From assembly GCA_963758525.1 (NCBI GenBank), contig CAVWVQ010000003.1, positions 4,512,001-4,576,000 on the forward strand: a stretch of 64,000 nt of DNA. Reading direction: 5' to 3'. Shown here piece after piece: positions 29,490-40,845 of this stretch (the first letter of the stretch is position 1; each line of letters starts with the position of its first letter). Origin of the DNA: an uncultured Phycisphaerales bacterium. Lineage in GTDB: Bacteria > Planctomycetota > Phycisphaerae > Tepidisphaerales > Tepidisphaeraceae. The notes beneath the pieces are model-generated. The model had not been told where the DNA came from. It was given only the letters and a program-made list of their open reading frames with translations, and did no database searches. Both the position numbers and the translations under genes were made by a program.

Positions 29490-32400
29490 TTAAGCCACTA
29501 CGTCCATCGCAAACACTTTGACGTTGCCGTTGTTGGGCAGCGTGATGCTTTCCACCGTCTTCAATGGATTCAAAGCGAAGCTGTATCCATACACCCGGCG
29601 CGTGCCGGTTTGCTTCGTTCCTGCAGCGGTGTCGAAGTATGGCATGCTCAGCGCGACTGATTCGCCCGAGTTGGTCGAACTCGAAGCCCAGTCGCTGATG
29701 CTTTGTGTCACGGTCTGGGTCGTGCCGTCAGTGTAGTGGATGGTAAAGACCTGGTTGCCCTGACCACCTCTGGCGGCTGTAGCGAGGATCTGCAGAGAAC
29801 TGTAATTGCCGGTGGGCAGAGTCAACGTCTGCCCGAGACCCACGACAAGATCGCTTGTGCCGGGCGAACCGATGTTGAAGACGTTGCCATTCCAGTTGAC
29901 CGAGGTGCCCAGGAGACTCGCGGAGAAGGAACTGCCGCCATAATCGAGGCTGTTGCCATTGGAAAACGTCGAACCATCGGTGGCAATCCCCGTGTTGGTA
30001 AAGGCGGAAGACAAGTTGGTCTGTACGCGAGACAGCTGCAAATCGGTGAAGGTAGCGGTGCACAATCCGTTGTTGTTGTGATTGGTCACGGACAGGCCAA
30101 CTTGGGCTGTTGTGGCCATTGTGATCGTCTGAGTCGTGCCGACCTGGACCCAATCCGTCGAGGCCGGGTTCGCAACGGTTGTGTAGTATGCGGAGAAGGC
30201 GTTACCGCTACGAACCAGCTTGAGCCAGACGGGCCCGCTCACGCCACTGATGTAGCTTTGAGAGGTGCTGCCTCCGGCGGTGCTGCGCCACTGGAAGCTC
30301 ACATTACCACCCGGGGTCTGGAGGACGTTGGCAAATGCAGCGTTCGCAGAGGTGTCATTGCGGAACATAAGTCCGGACTTGGCCCACGCCTGGCTGTTGC
30401 TGCTGCTGACGGAAGTTTCCCGGGCGGTGATGGTTTCGTCGCCGGTGACGGCCGTGGATACGAAGTGGAACTTATCGGACCCGCCCCAGATATCGCTGCC
30501 GCCGCCGACAACGGTATACGTGGAGCCGTCGAACTTGCCCGACCCTGCCTGACCCGGCGAGCCGATGTCGAGCGTGCTGCTGAACGCGCCGAGCGGGGCG
30601 TACGGGTTGGTAAGGGTTAACTGAATCGGGATGTTGGAGAAGGTGGTGCCCGCCTGGTCTTTATAAGTGACACCGGGGAGGACGATGTAGTACGAACCGT
30701 CGGTGCGCTGATTAACCGTCGCCGCCTGAAGCTGGGCGCCGGTGAAGCTCTGGCTGAATGAAGTAGGCCCGCCGGACGGATCGAAGAACGAACCGGTGAG
30801 GGTATATCCGTTCGCCTCGGCCGCAAGTGGCAGCATTAGCGTCAGCGGAGAAGAGGGTGTGAAGGCGGGTGTCACCGGATTGACGTCCGCGAACACCGGG
30901 AACGACACCAACAGTCCGTTGACCGTGCGGGTCAGCAGATTCCAACCGTTGACAAGCGTTGAGGCGGTGGTTTCGTTGACACGAGTTCCGTTCTGATCCG
31001 TGTATTGCAACAGGTAACTGCTGCCCGACACGTATTCTTTGCTGACGCGAGCAGGCGACCTGAAGGGGGATGCCGCACCAAGCAGGCCATTCGACAGCGG
31101 CATGGCGGTGGCGTTGGCCGGCGCCGCTTGGTTACCGACGGCAATGCCGTACTGCGCCATCAGCTGCGCGTTGGTCTTATCGAGCATCGTCGCGGGAATC
31201 GTTGCCAGTGCGGTGCCGGTGGCGAACGGAACATAATTCGCAGCCTGCTCTGGGAAGTAGAGTTGCTGCCCGGCATTCGGGCCGCCCGTGAAAGTAATCG
31301 CGGTGGCGAAGAAGTCTCGCTGGATGTCGTATTCAGAAACCCAACCATTGCCGTTGAAGTCGTACTGGTAATGGGTCTTCCCGTTCAGGGCCGCGGCACT
31401 GAGGGTGACAAACTGTGTAGTGCCGTCGAAGGGAATGAAGTTGTTTCCGTCGTACCCGCCGGTTTGGCCATTTTGTGCCGGTCGTGTGAAGTAGAAGTCA
31501 GTGATGTTCTCGAAGGTGCCGCCGTTCACGGCATTGAGGCCGTGACTATCCACGCCCCAGCCGGTGTTGAAACCCTCGACGGTCATGTTATCCAGCTCCA
31601 TATCGCCCGTATTGGTGTTGCCTGAAATGCCCTGGCCGGATGGGGCATTCAGATTGCCGAGGAGCGTGAGGTTCTGCAAGATGATGTTGGTGTGGGGCCC
31701 GCCAATTGCGTTGTAGGAGTACGGGGCGAAGAAGCCGTTATTCACATTCCACGCCGTCGAATTCTTGAACACATTCACGTTTTTGGTGTGATCGTAGACG
31801 GCTTCAAAACCATTGCCCGAGGCGTAGGTCGTATTGCCATCAAAATCGCGGACGCCAACTTCCCATGCCGGGACGCTGGTTGCCCCAGGAAACGCTGCCG
31901 CCGCATCGGAATCAAAATTTGCCGCGGCAATGTCGATCTCACTCTGGTGGTCGAACTGCATGCCGTTGAGCGGGTAGTAGACGAATCCCGCTTCGGGCAT
32001 TCCGATGGCGATGTTGTTGGTGACGGTGGTGTTGGTGCCTTGGAACCAGAACCCTTCGCCTTCGTGCCCGAAATCGAGGTTCCCGCGGCGACCGTTCATA
32101 TTCCCCAGGCCTGTTCCGTCGCCGGTGCCGCGGATCGCCAGATTGCCGTTGTACGTGCCGATTTCATCACCCCGTTCGGCGACGAACGCGGTGCCGTAGA
32201 CGTTGTAGGCGGTGTTGTCTTCGAAATCGACGTAGCTTCCGTGATTGTCGTAGCCCCAGCCGGGGCTGCCGACGACGCTGCATCCGGTAACGGTTGATTC
32301 GCCGTTGGCGGCGTTGGTACCGACGAGGTGGAAATGCACCGAGTACCTGGCACGCGGGTTGGTGCCGGTGCCGGGCACCAGTTGACCGTTGGCGTCCAGC

Positions 32401-33425
32401 ACGGGGTCGTTGATCGGCTTGCTCTTGTCGGTGCGACCCAGGTTATCGAAGGCAATGTAATTGATATTAACCGTCGGCATGTCCATAAACATGACGTGCC
32501 CGCGCCGATCGACGGCGGTATTTTCCGAGTTGAACACCACATTGCGCGTGGTGTCGGTGAGATATACATTCAAGCTCGGGTTTGGCGCGAGATGATTATA
32601 TTTGAGCGCGCTGACCTTCACATCTGAGAGCCCATTGCCAAGGGGAGTGATTCCAAGGACGGTGAGCTGCTCATCCTGATTTGCGGCGGCGGTGGTGCCG
32701 CCAAGAACCAGGCTGTCTCCGACGTTCCAACCGGTGGGAGTCGGAATCACCAGATCGGTACTGCCAGCCGTCGCGGGTTGCGAAAGGGCCGCATATGGCG
32801 TCACGGTCGAGCCATACATTGTGGTAAAGCCCATGGCCAGGAGCCCCCGGCTCAGCCACTCCGGGTCCCAGGTCCGATCGGTTGCTCCGGTATCAATGAA
32901 GGTTATCTTGGCGGTGACGTTGGGGGCGATCGGATTTGCCGCGGTGCCAATGGTCAGAATCGCGCCATCGTCTGTCCAGAGGGTTTCGACATTGAGTGCG
33001 GTGTTGACGTTCGTCGCAAATTGCAGAGCGCCGTAGACATGAACCCACTTGAGTCGCGCCGATTCGACGCCGTCGACCGTTTCGGTCAATCCTTCGGGGA
33101 TCAAGACCTGGGCACCATCTCCCGGCACCACTCCGTTTTGCCAGGTGCTGGGATCGGACCAGTTGCCGCTCTTAACCGCTACACTCGTGGCCGCCGAATC
33201 CGGCATCATGGGATCCAGGTATTGGCACATGTAGCAAGTGGAAGTGACGGTCTGCCCGTTATAAGGATTCACCCACGTGCGGATGACCGGCCCGCTGCTC
33301 ATCAACAAGCGGGGTTCCAGCGATTCGATGGCCCATCTAACTGCCGACCGTACTCGTCTGCCTTTGCCCTTCGTGAATTTGGAAGAAGAATGATTCCGCT
33401 GCGGATTCCGCGCGAGTTCCAGCAT
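29490..33425 (-). CDS. Large extracellular protein: LEPR-XLL motif, G8 domain, right-handed beta helix, ConA/DUF1349-like domain and C-terminal beta-sandwich
   Basis: ESLEPRLLMS; SGNWSDPSTW..GVVP; RGHVMFM; RYSVHFH; GSPGWG..NH; GGGSDIWG.SDKFHF..WAKSGLMFR. Confidence 0.85.
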   Translation of the reverse strand: MLELARNPQRNHSSSKFTKGKGRRVRSAVRWAIESLEPRLLMSSGPVIRTWVNPYNGQTVTSTCYMCQYLDPMMPDSAATSVAVKSGNWSDPSTWQNGVVPGDGAQVLIPEGLTETVDGVESARLKWVHVYGALQFATNVNTALNVETLWTDDGAILTIGTAANPIAPNVTAKITFIDTGATDRTWDPEWLSRGLLAMGFTTMYGSTVTPYAALSQPATAGSTDLVIPTPTGWNVGDSLVLGGTTAAANQDEQLTVLGITPLGNGLSDVKVSALKYNHLAPNPSLNVYLTDTTRNVVFNSENTAVDRRGHVMFMDMPTVNINYIAFDNLGRTDKSKPINDPVLDANGQLVPGTGTNPRARYSVHFHLVGTNAANGESTVTGCSVVGSPGWGYDNHGSYVDFEDNTAYNVYGTAFVAERGDEIGTYNGNLAIRGTGDGTGLGNMNGRRGNLDFGHEGEGFWFQGTNTTVTNNIAIGMPEAGFVYYPLNGMQFDHQSEIDIAAANFDSDAAAAFPGATSVPAWEVGVRDFDGNTTYASGNGFEAVYDHTKNVNVFKNSTAWNVNNGFFAPYSYNAIGGPHTNIILQNLTLLGNLNAPSGQGISGNTNTGDMELDNMTVEGFNTGWGVDSHGLNAVNGGTFENITDFYFTRPAQNGQTGGYDGNNFIPFDGTTQFVTLSAAALNGKTHYQYDFNGNGWVSEYDIQRDFFATAITFTGGPNAGQQLYFPEQAANYVPFATGTALATIPATMLDKTNAQLMAQYGIAVGNQAAPANATAMPLSNGLLGAASPFRSPARVSKEYVSGSSYLLQYTDQNGTRVNETTASTLVNGWNLLTRTVNGLLVSFPVFADVNPVTPAFTPSSPLTLMLPLAAEANGYTLTGSFFDPSGGPTSFSQSFTGAQLQAATVNQRTDGSYYIVLPGVTYKDQAGTTFSNIPIQLTLTNPYAPLGAFSSTLDIGSPGQAGSGKFDGSTYTVVGGGSDIWGGSDKFHFVSTAVTGDETITARETSVSSSNSQAWAKSGLMFRNDTSANAAFANVLQTPGGNVSFQWRSTAGGSTSQSYISGVSGPVWLKLVRSGNAFSAYYTTVANPASTDWVQVGTTQTITMATTAQVGLSVTNHNNNGLCTATFTDLQLSRVQTNLSSAFTNTGIATDGSTFSNGNSLDYGGSSFSASLLGTSVNWNGNVFNIGSPGTSDLVVGLGQTLTLPTGNYSSLQILATAARGGQGNQVFTIHYTDGTTQTVTQSISDWASSSTNSGESVALSMPYFDTAAGTKQTGTRRVYGYSFALNPLKTVESITLPNNGNVKVFAMDVVA

Positions 33426-33895
33426 TGAATAGTTCCTTCCTGGTACGAGGACCGCATGGGAAGCGATCCGAGACGTAACACTCCGCCGGGAGTGAAGGCA
33501 TCACCGTCGACTGTGCGTCGCGGTGTATGCCGCGGCGCTGCGCACAAGCGCAAGCGCGAGATCCAAATACGCTCAGAGCCGACTACAAGCCGGCTGACGA
33601 GCGAAAGCTACTCACCAAAAAGTTTCGGCAGCTATAGGTTCAGCCGCCGTGATCAAGTTCTTAGCACTGGCCGGTACGGGCAAAGACGCCGACGCAAAAA
33701 CGTAAGGATAGAGCGTGCGACAACAAGCGCCGTGGAGAGTCGTTCCGCCCGGAACCGCTGTAGCCACCGTCAGGCAAATCGAATCCATCCAATCTGCTGC
33801 GAGCACTGCTGGCTGCGAATCCTCCATTGCCGCCTACAGTCGAAATTGTAGCATCCGTAACGAATGCAACAATTGCACTAATGTCACCCAGGGCT

Positions 33896-34105
33896 GGCCG
33901 TCTATACTTCCGGGAAATCACCGCCGAGAAGCTTGTTGCCGCGAAGAAAAAGGAGCTATGGCAAAGCGAACGCACGGCACGTACCGAGGCAGAGCCAATT
34001 AGCGTATGAAAAATGAGTTTCTGGCGCGCGCTTCGCCACGCACGGCGGAGACCACTGAATGCCGTTCTCGGTTGGTCGCAGATTTTGGAGCGTGGAGAGA
34101 TCCAG
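33896..34105 (+). pseudogene. Histidine kinase remnant
   Basis: Broken frames ERTARTEAE../MKNEFLA../RRPLNAVLGWSQIL resemble the H-box region of 27627-29270. Confidence 0.65.
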
Positions 34106-34189
34106 ACTGTCGAGGGAGGCTGCAGGTTGAGCCACGCTGTAACCGCAGGCTCCAGGTTGGCACGCATCAGCGCTGCGAGGGCATTGGTG

Positions 34190-34753
34190 TTACCTTCGCG
34201 GCTCATATCGCATGGCTACTGCCCCCGACCTGAACTCCAGGCGGCTCACGAGCCTCAAATCAACAGGCTTCGAGAGCCCGGCGAACAACGTCGGCCCGTG
34301 GCCTGCCAGCCTGGGGTGCACCACGAACTCGTAATCATCGATCAATCCCAGTTCCGCCAATGCCAGTGGGAGCGTCACGCCTCCCACGAACAGTCCCTTG
34401 CCTGCCCCTGCTCCCCGCTTGAGCTGCTCGACCGACTTGGCCAAATCTCCGCGCACCAGCTCCGCGTTCCAATCAACCCGCTCCAGCGTGTTTGACACAA
34501 CGTATTTCTTTGCCGCGTCGATCGTGCGGGCGAAGGGTTCCATCCACTCGGCCATCCATTGCGGCCGCAGCCCATTTGCCGGCCACCGCCACGCGGCCCG
34601 CATCATTTCGTAAGTGACCCGGCCAAAGAGAAGGGCATCCGCCTGGGCGAGTTTCTCGGCCCAGAAACGATGCAGTTCTTCGTCCGTGGAACCTGCACGA
34701 TGATCGACGCAGCCGTCCAACGTGACGTTGATGCAATAGCGAAGCGGTCGCAT
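34190..34753 (-). CDS. Dihydrofolate reductase/RibD C-terminal family protein
   Basis: INVTLDGCVDH; LLFGRVTYEMM; GLIDDYEFVVHPRLAGHG. Confidence 0.9.
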   Translation of the reverse strand: MRPLRYCINVTLDGCVDHRAGSTDEELHRFWAEKLAQADALLFGRVTYEMMRAAWRWPANGLRPQWMAEWMEPFARTIDAAKKYVVSNTLERVDWNAELVRGDLAKSVEQLKRGAGAGKGLFVGGVTLPLALAELGLIDDYEFVVHPRLAGHGPTLFAGLSKPVDLRLVSRLEFRSGAVAMRYEPRR

Positions 34754-35247
34754 TACACAAGAGTACCGCCAATGAGCTAGACGCGCAAAGGTCCGCCCAT
34801 TACTGGCCAGCTCCGAGCAATTCCTCCCATCAACTTGGCAGGCAAAAGAGAACCAGGTGACGGCGCGAGTTAGAACGTCGCGGACGATCACGGTCATCAT
34901 TGCGGATTACTCCGTCGTTGCAGGAAAATTCGACGGGTGGCACTGATCAGACTGCCGGATGCATAGAAAGATGTCCGGGGCTCTTCGTTGTCGAGATTCA
35001 CTCGTGTTGTTCAAATACTGCATCATCTCGACGCCTCGACCCCGGCCCGATGCCGCGGCGCAGCGAGCGCGGTACTTTCACCACGGGCTGCTAGGCACCG
35101 AAAAATTTTAATTCCTCTGGAGTTTGCAGCTTGACCAAATCGTTTGGGTTGTGTGACTCTTGTAGTTGAGACGAACATAGGATCTGTTTTCGCATCGCGA
35201 TAGCCGACTGTTCGTAGTAGATCTGCGCAACCCAATGAGCTTTTACA

Positions 35248-36853
35248 ATGCAACCCCCGATAAAGCCTGTGCTGATCATCGGTGCAGGCCCGACTGGCAT
35301 GACTGCCGCCTTGGAATTGAGCCGTTTTGGCATCCCGGTTCGTCTGATCGAGAAAACAGCCGAGCCTGCCACGACCAGCCGGGCGGTTGGTGTCCAAGCC
35401 CGAACGCTCGAATTGTTTCAGCAGCGCGGGATCGCCGATGAACTGCTGCGCGCTGGTAATCCGAGCCGATGGGCCAGCATCTACGGCGGCGGCAAGCGGG
35501 TTTTCCGCCTCGATTTCGCGCACATCGACAGCAAATACAAATACCTGTTTTTCATTTCGCAGGCTGAGACTGAGAAGGCACTCCGAAACCACCTGGCCAA
35601 GCAGCGAGTCTCGACCGAGTGGAGTGTGGAAATGGTCGGCCTGGCCCAGTCCGAACCGCACGACGGTTCGACTCCTGGCAGCGTCACGGCTACGCTGCGG
35701 CACGGCGACGGTAGCCTGGAATTGGTCGAAGCTGCGTACCTGATCGATGCTGGGGGCGCTCACAGCACGTCGCGCCAAACGATGGGAATACCGTTCGGCG
35801 GGCATGCACTCCCCGACGCGTATGCCTTGGGTGATCTGCACGTAGACGGCGAATTGCCTGCGTCTGACTTCCATATCTTTTCTTCCGAGCACGGATTCAT
35901 GGGGATGTTTCCGCTTGGCGGCGGGCGGTTCAGAATCATTGCCAGCAATCCAATCAGCAAGCCGGCGAAGGGCACTGAACCTTCGATAGAGGAGTTGCAG
36001 AAGATCTACGATCAGCGCCTCCTACATACCAGCGAGGTTTCACGACCTGACGTGGAGTTCGTGGTTTCACATCAACAGCCGGATGGTTGAACGAATGCGG
36101 GTCGGTCAAACCTTCCTGGCGGGCGACGCGGCCCACATTCACAGCCCAGCCGGAGCGCAGGGAATGAACACCGGGATTCAGGACGCGGTCAACCTCGGTT
36201 GGAAGCTGGCCTTGGTTCTTCGCGGTCGTGCTCCCAATGCCCTGCTCGACACCTACGAGCTAGACCGCTTGCCCGCGATCCGCAACGTTCTGAGCAAAAC
36301 GGAAAAGCTGACCGATGCAATCGGGGCGGAAAATGCAGTCTTTCGCACCATCTTCGACCACGTGGCGCCGCTGATTGTCGGAACTGAGTTCGTTCAGGCC
36401 AGCAGCACCACCCGCATGAGTCAAATAGGACTCAACTACCGGGAGAGCCCATTGAGTCGCGCGCTGGGCCACCATGGCGATGTCCACAGCGGCGACCGAG
36501 TCCCACTGGAGCTGCCAGTCGTGTGCAACGGCACAACCACCAAAGTGGTCGACCTGCTGGACCCGTCCGTCTTTTCGCTGCTGATCACGAACGCGGGACG
36601 CGACGACGCAACCGCCTCTAAACAGCTGACGACCAGCCTCGGTCCGTGGAGCGACGTGATCCAAAACCACCCCATCGAGCCGCCCGCAGGAGATGACGGG
36701 AAGCATTTTACAGCCGCTTTCGGTAGTCGCCCGAGCTTCTTACTGGTGCGACCCGACGGCTACGCGGGATACATCGGGCCAGCGTCGGATTTGCCGCCGC
36801 TCATGAGCTACCTAAACCATTGGCTGAGTTCCGCTGGAGGGAAGCATGCCTGA
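35248..36853 (+). CDS. FAD-dependent monooxygenase, frameshift ~36020
   Basis: IIGAGPTG; LAGDAAHIHSPAGAQGMNTGIQDAVNLGWKL; LVRPDGY. Confidence 0.88.
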
Positions 36854-37418
36854 CCCAACTCATGTGGACGCGGCCGAGGTGCAGTTACTGCTGGCCGACT
36901 TACAGGTTGAGATTGTCGCCCGCAGTAAAACGACCGACCCTCGATCCTTGGCTGCATCCGCGGGAGTCTGGGCGCAATTGGCCGGTGCGTTCGGCCTGCC
37001 GATCACGGTGAGCACGGTGCCCGACGCCGATAAGGCGCCGCAATTGATCCCCGAACTGGCCCACCTGTCGGAAAGCCAGCACATTCGCGCCTCGGCCTCG
37101 CCATTTCTCGATGAGCCGACGCGCACGACAATGGCCGCCCACGGGCGACGAACGTTGGTCATAGCCGGGTGCATGACCGAGGTCGTCGTCCTGCACGCGG
37201 CTGCTAATGCACGCCGCGAAGGTTACCGGGTTCTAATTCCGGTCGACGCTTGCGGCGGCCTCAGCGACCGCACCGAGCGGGCAGCCCTGCGGCAGATTGA
37301 GTCCGTTGGCGGCGAGGTAAGCTCCACTGTTACACTCGCGACAGCGATGGCGCCCGATTTCACGACCGATCTGGGAAAGAGAATGTTCGGTATCATACAG
37401 AAGATTCGGCTGGCGTGA
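36846..37418 (+). CDS. Isochorismatase/YcaC-like hydrolase
   Basis: LLLADLQ; LVIAGCMTEVVV; PVDACGG. Confidence 0.8.
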   Translation: MPDPTHVDAAEVQLLLADLQVEIVARSKTTDPRSLAASAGVWAQLAGAFGLPITVSTVPDADKAPQLIPELAHLSESQHIRASASPFLDEPTRTTMAAHGRRTLVIAGCMTEVVVLHAAANARREGYRVLIPVDACGGLSDRTERAALRQIESVGGEVSSTVTLATAMAPDFTTDLGKRMFGIIQKIRLA

Positions 37419-37521
37419 TCCGCTCTGGACGGCCAAGCGATCAGCGGCGAGACGGCTTCGGGGCGACGACCGGGCGAACAAATTAGCGTCCTGGCACGGG
37501 CGGATTGCCTTCAGCCAATCC

Positions 37522-37641
37522 GGACCCTACCGGTCGGCGTTTGATGCACTAGGTATTGCCGCCGATCGCTGCCTGTTTGTGGCTGGTTCGGCGTGTGACC
37601 TGTTTGGAACGGCGAAGGTAGGCATGCCAACTTTTTGGTAA
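37522..37641 (+). pseudogene. HAD hydrolase C-terminal remnant
   Basis: PYRSAFDALGIAADRCLFVAGSACDLFGTAKVGMPTFW*. Confidence 0.6.
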
Positions 37642-37795
37642 TGATAGAAAAGGCTCGACCTTACCCGATCACGCGCCATCCCCAATCGCCCAGGAACGCA
37701 CGCTATCGGCTCTACCAGGTTGGTGCGGCATCAGATGACATCTCCCCGGCTTCATCAGTTGTCACCCTCACCGGCTAGCAACAAGATGTACTGCT

Positions 37796-38545
37796 ATGGC
37801 GACCTCCGCGCCTGTGGTCAAGATCGGCCTCTGCGGTTTCACAATCGCGGTGGGCGAGTACGTGCGGCGGTTTCCGGTGGTCGAGGTGCAGCAGACGTTC
37901 TATCAGCCGCCGGCTGAGGCGGTGATGCGGCGGTGGCGAGATGCCGTGCCGGCGGACTTCGAGTTCACGATCAAAGCGTGGCAACTCGTCACCCACGCCG
38001 CCGTCAGCCCGACGTACCGCCGGCTCCGGCGGACGCTCGATGAGGACGAGCGGGCGGGGGCCGGGGCCTTTCGCCCTACGGCGATCGTCGACGAGGGGTG
38101 GCGGGTCACCGCAGCCTGCGCGGCGATTCTGAAGGCGTCGGCGGTTCTGTTCCAGTGCCCCGCGAGCTTCCGGCCGACAGACGAAAACGTCGCCCACTTC
38201 GACGCGTTCTTTCGGCGGGTCGACCGCCCGCCGGGGGTACGGCTGCTCTGGGAGCCGAGGGGGCCGTGGCCGCGGGACCTTGTGGCGTCAGTTTGTGCGG
38301 CCCACCGACTCACCCACGTCGTCGACCCATTCGTGAACGAGACGGTGACGGCCGGCGGCTTTGCGTATTATCGCCTGCACGGCATCACCGGCAGCCGCCA
38401 TGTCTTCACCGACGACGAACTGCTCCGGTTGCGCGGAGTGTTGCCGCCGTCCGGCGAGACCTATGTCATGTTCAACAATATCCCCCGGGCCAATGACGCC
38501 CGCCGCTTTGGCCGACTCTTGCGCTCTGGCCCTGACGACGGATGA
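37796..38545 (+). CDS. DUF72 family protein
   Basis: IGLCGF; VEVQQTFY; FTIKAWQLVTH; LFQCPASF; YYRLHG; YVMFNN. Confidence 0.9.
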   Translation: MATSAPVVKIGLCGFTIAVGEYVRRFPVVEVQQTFYQPPAEAVMRRWRDAVPADFEFTIKAWQLVTHAAVSPTYRRLRRTLDEDERAGAGAFRPTAIVDEGWRVTAACAAILKASAVLFQCPASFRPTDENVAHFDAFFRRVDRPPGVRLLWEPRGPWPRDLVASVCAAHRLTHVVDPFVNETVTAGGFAYYRLHGITGSRHVFTDDELLRLRGVLPPSGETYVMFNNIPRANDARRFGRLLRSGPDDG

Positions 38546-38664
38546 ATAATTCAGGAAATATGGTTTTGCATTATGGCCCGGGTCTCAGCGGCCCAACCTT
38601 TGCACGCGCCGAGTGGGCGGGGGCCACGTCGATGTGGTCCAACCCTCAACGTGATGGAACGATC

Positions 38665-39842
38665 ATGGGAGAACAACACGTAATTCACGCGGCGATGCAG
38701 GGTATCGGGTCCGTCTTAATGCTTTGCCTGCTGGCCGACATCTTCCTCACTGTGCTTTACGCACGGATGGGGACCACTTTGCTGAGCGGCTACGTGGGGC
38801 GAACGGTCTGGCGCATCTTTCGATTAGTCGCGATGCAGTTTCCCAGGCACCGCGGCACGATTCTTTCGTTCTGCGGGCCGGCGATGCTGCTGATCCTGGT
38901 CGGCTTCTGGGCGATCGGCCTTACGGTGGGGGCGGCATTGATCTTTTACCCGCGCTGGGAACGGGGATTCAATCCGGCAGCAGCCAGCCGATCCCGCGCG
39001 ACTTCATCACCGCGGTGTATGCCGCAGCCAACAGTTTGTCGATTGTCGGCGCTGGCGGTTATTCCCCAACGACCAGCGCCTTGAAGTTGATCTACATGTT
39101 CAACTCGCTCGTGGGCCTCTGCGGCGTCTCACTGACGCTCACCTATCTCATGCAGGTCTATAGCGCGCTTCGCTCGCGCAATGCCGCAGCTTTGCAGGCG
39201 TACCTGTCGACTGGCGAAACGGGCGACGTGGCGCAGTTTATCGCCGGGCTCGGACCCAATGGCGACTTCAACAACGCGACCAGCCGCCTGTCGAACATGG
39301 CCGGCGGCATCGCCGACGTGAAAGAAACGCATCACTTTTATGAGATGCTGATCTATTTTCGGTTTCCAGAACCTTATTACGCGGTCACATCGCTGGCCGG
39401 TATCGGGCTGGACACCGTATCCCTCATCAAATCGGCGCTCGATGACGAGCGGTTCGCCACACTGAAGCAATCCGCCGCCGTGCAGGATCTGTGGCATGCA
39501 TCGCAGCGGCTTCTGGGTGTGTGTGCGGATGGTCTTCTGCCCGGAGGGAGCTCACTGAAAGACGCGCCTTCCTCGCCCGATGCTGCAACACGCGAACGAT
39601 GGCGCCGCCGCTATCGCGCGGCCGTCCGGCGCCTCAAAGATGCCGGAATCCCGACCTTCGCTGACGAGGAGAGAGGTTTTGGTATTTACACAGCCCTGCG
39701 CAGTCAATGGGAGCCGGACGCGAACCGACTGGCGCAGGCGATGCTATACGACCCGGCAGAATTGGATCCGGCTGGAACTCGGCCGCAAGACGCAACCGAC
39801 GGGCGGTCGGATTTTCGTGCGCGGCTTCACTCCGTCGGCTGA
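38665..39842 (+). CDS. Potassium-channel-like (Ion_trans_2) membrane protein, frameshift ~38955
   Basis: DIFLTVL; TM helices; pore-like AVYAAANSLSIVGAGGYSP; LTLTYLMQVYSAL; HHFYEMLIYFR. Confidence 0.7.
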
Positions 39843-39969
39843 TTGCGTGAACGGGAATCGGCTTGAAGGTGTGTCTCGCAAGAGTCTGTGCAAGCGCTTG
39901 CCCGCACTCGCTGGCGGTTTTTTCGCCGCTGGGTGACGGAACTGATGATCGCCGGTTATTCTGCTTCCG

Positions 39970-40816
39970 ATGCCGACATTCGCTTCTGTGATCCCCGACC
40001 CCCAGCTTCAACCCCATCCATCGGCCAGCAGTGGCAAGCTTCGCCTGATGCTGCTGCCGGGGCTGGATGGGGCGGGGCTGGCGTTTGGGCCTCTGCTTAA
40101 GCTTCTTCCTTCATCCATCCAGCCGACCGTTGTGACCTACCCGCGGGACCAGGTCATGGGCTATCAGGAGCTTTTTCCGATGGTGATGGGGATGTTGCCG
40201 AGCGAGCCGTTCGTTCTGCTGGGTGAGTCTTTCTCCAGTCCGTTGTCAATCACGGTCGCGGCGGCCCGACCGCCCGGACTGCGCGGACTGATCCTCAGTT
40301 CGGCCTTTGCGCAATCCGCTCTGGCTGGCGCAGGATTGGCTGGCGTACCTGGCGCACCCGCTGATTTTTCGGCTTTACAATCCGTACGTCCGCCTCAAGG
40401 TGTGGCGCCGCGGCGGCGGACCGTCAGGGGCCGCACGGCTCGCGGCGATTCGCGGCCTGAGGCCCGAGGTCGTTGCCAACCGGGCGCGATCGGCGCTGCG
40501 CGTGAACGTGATGCAGCAGCTATCGAGCTGTCCGGTTCCGGTTCTGTATATCAGGGGAGATCGCGACCGCCTGGTGCACCGGCGGAATCTCGCGGAGATG
40601 GAAAAGTGCCTGCCGTCAATGCGCGTGGCAAGGTTCGACGGCCGGCACTGCGTGCTGCGCAGCCAGCCTGCTCTGGCGGCAGCTGCGATCGTCGATTTCA
40701 TCGCCGATTGCGACCGGCGCAATGCGGGCGACCATCCGGCGGCCCGCGACAGCAAGAACCACCTCGATCGTGATCCCGCGGTGAACCTGGAGAACGCCGC
40801 GGAGAGCGCTCGCTGA
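39970..40816 (+). CDS. Alpha/beta hydrolase, frameshift ~40308
   Basis: LLPGLDGAG; LLGESFS; VLYIRGDRDRLV; GRHCVL. Confidence 0.8.
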
Positions 40817-40845
40817 GCGCGGCGCTCGGCCGGATGTGCAGGCCT

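Noticed and set aside
33600..33720. c-di-GMP-I riboswitch-like words (GGGCAAA, GACGCAAA) upstream of the G8 gene
   Set aside because: Wrong strand for the gene and no GNRA-capped P2 stem; an Infernal search would be needed
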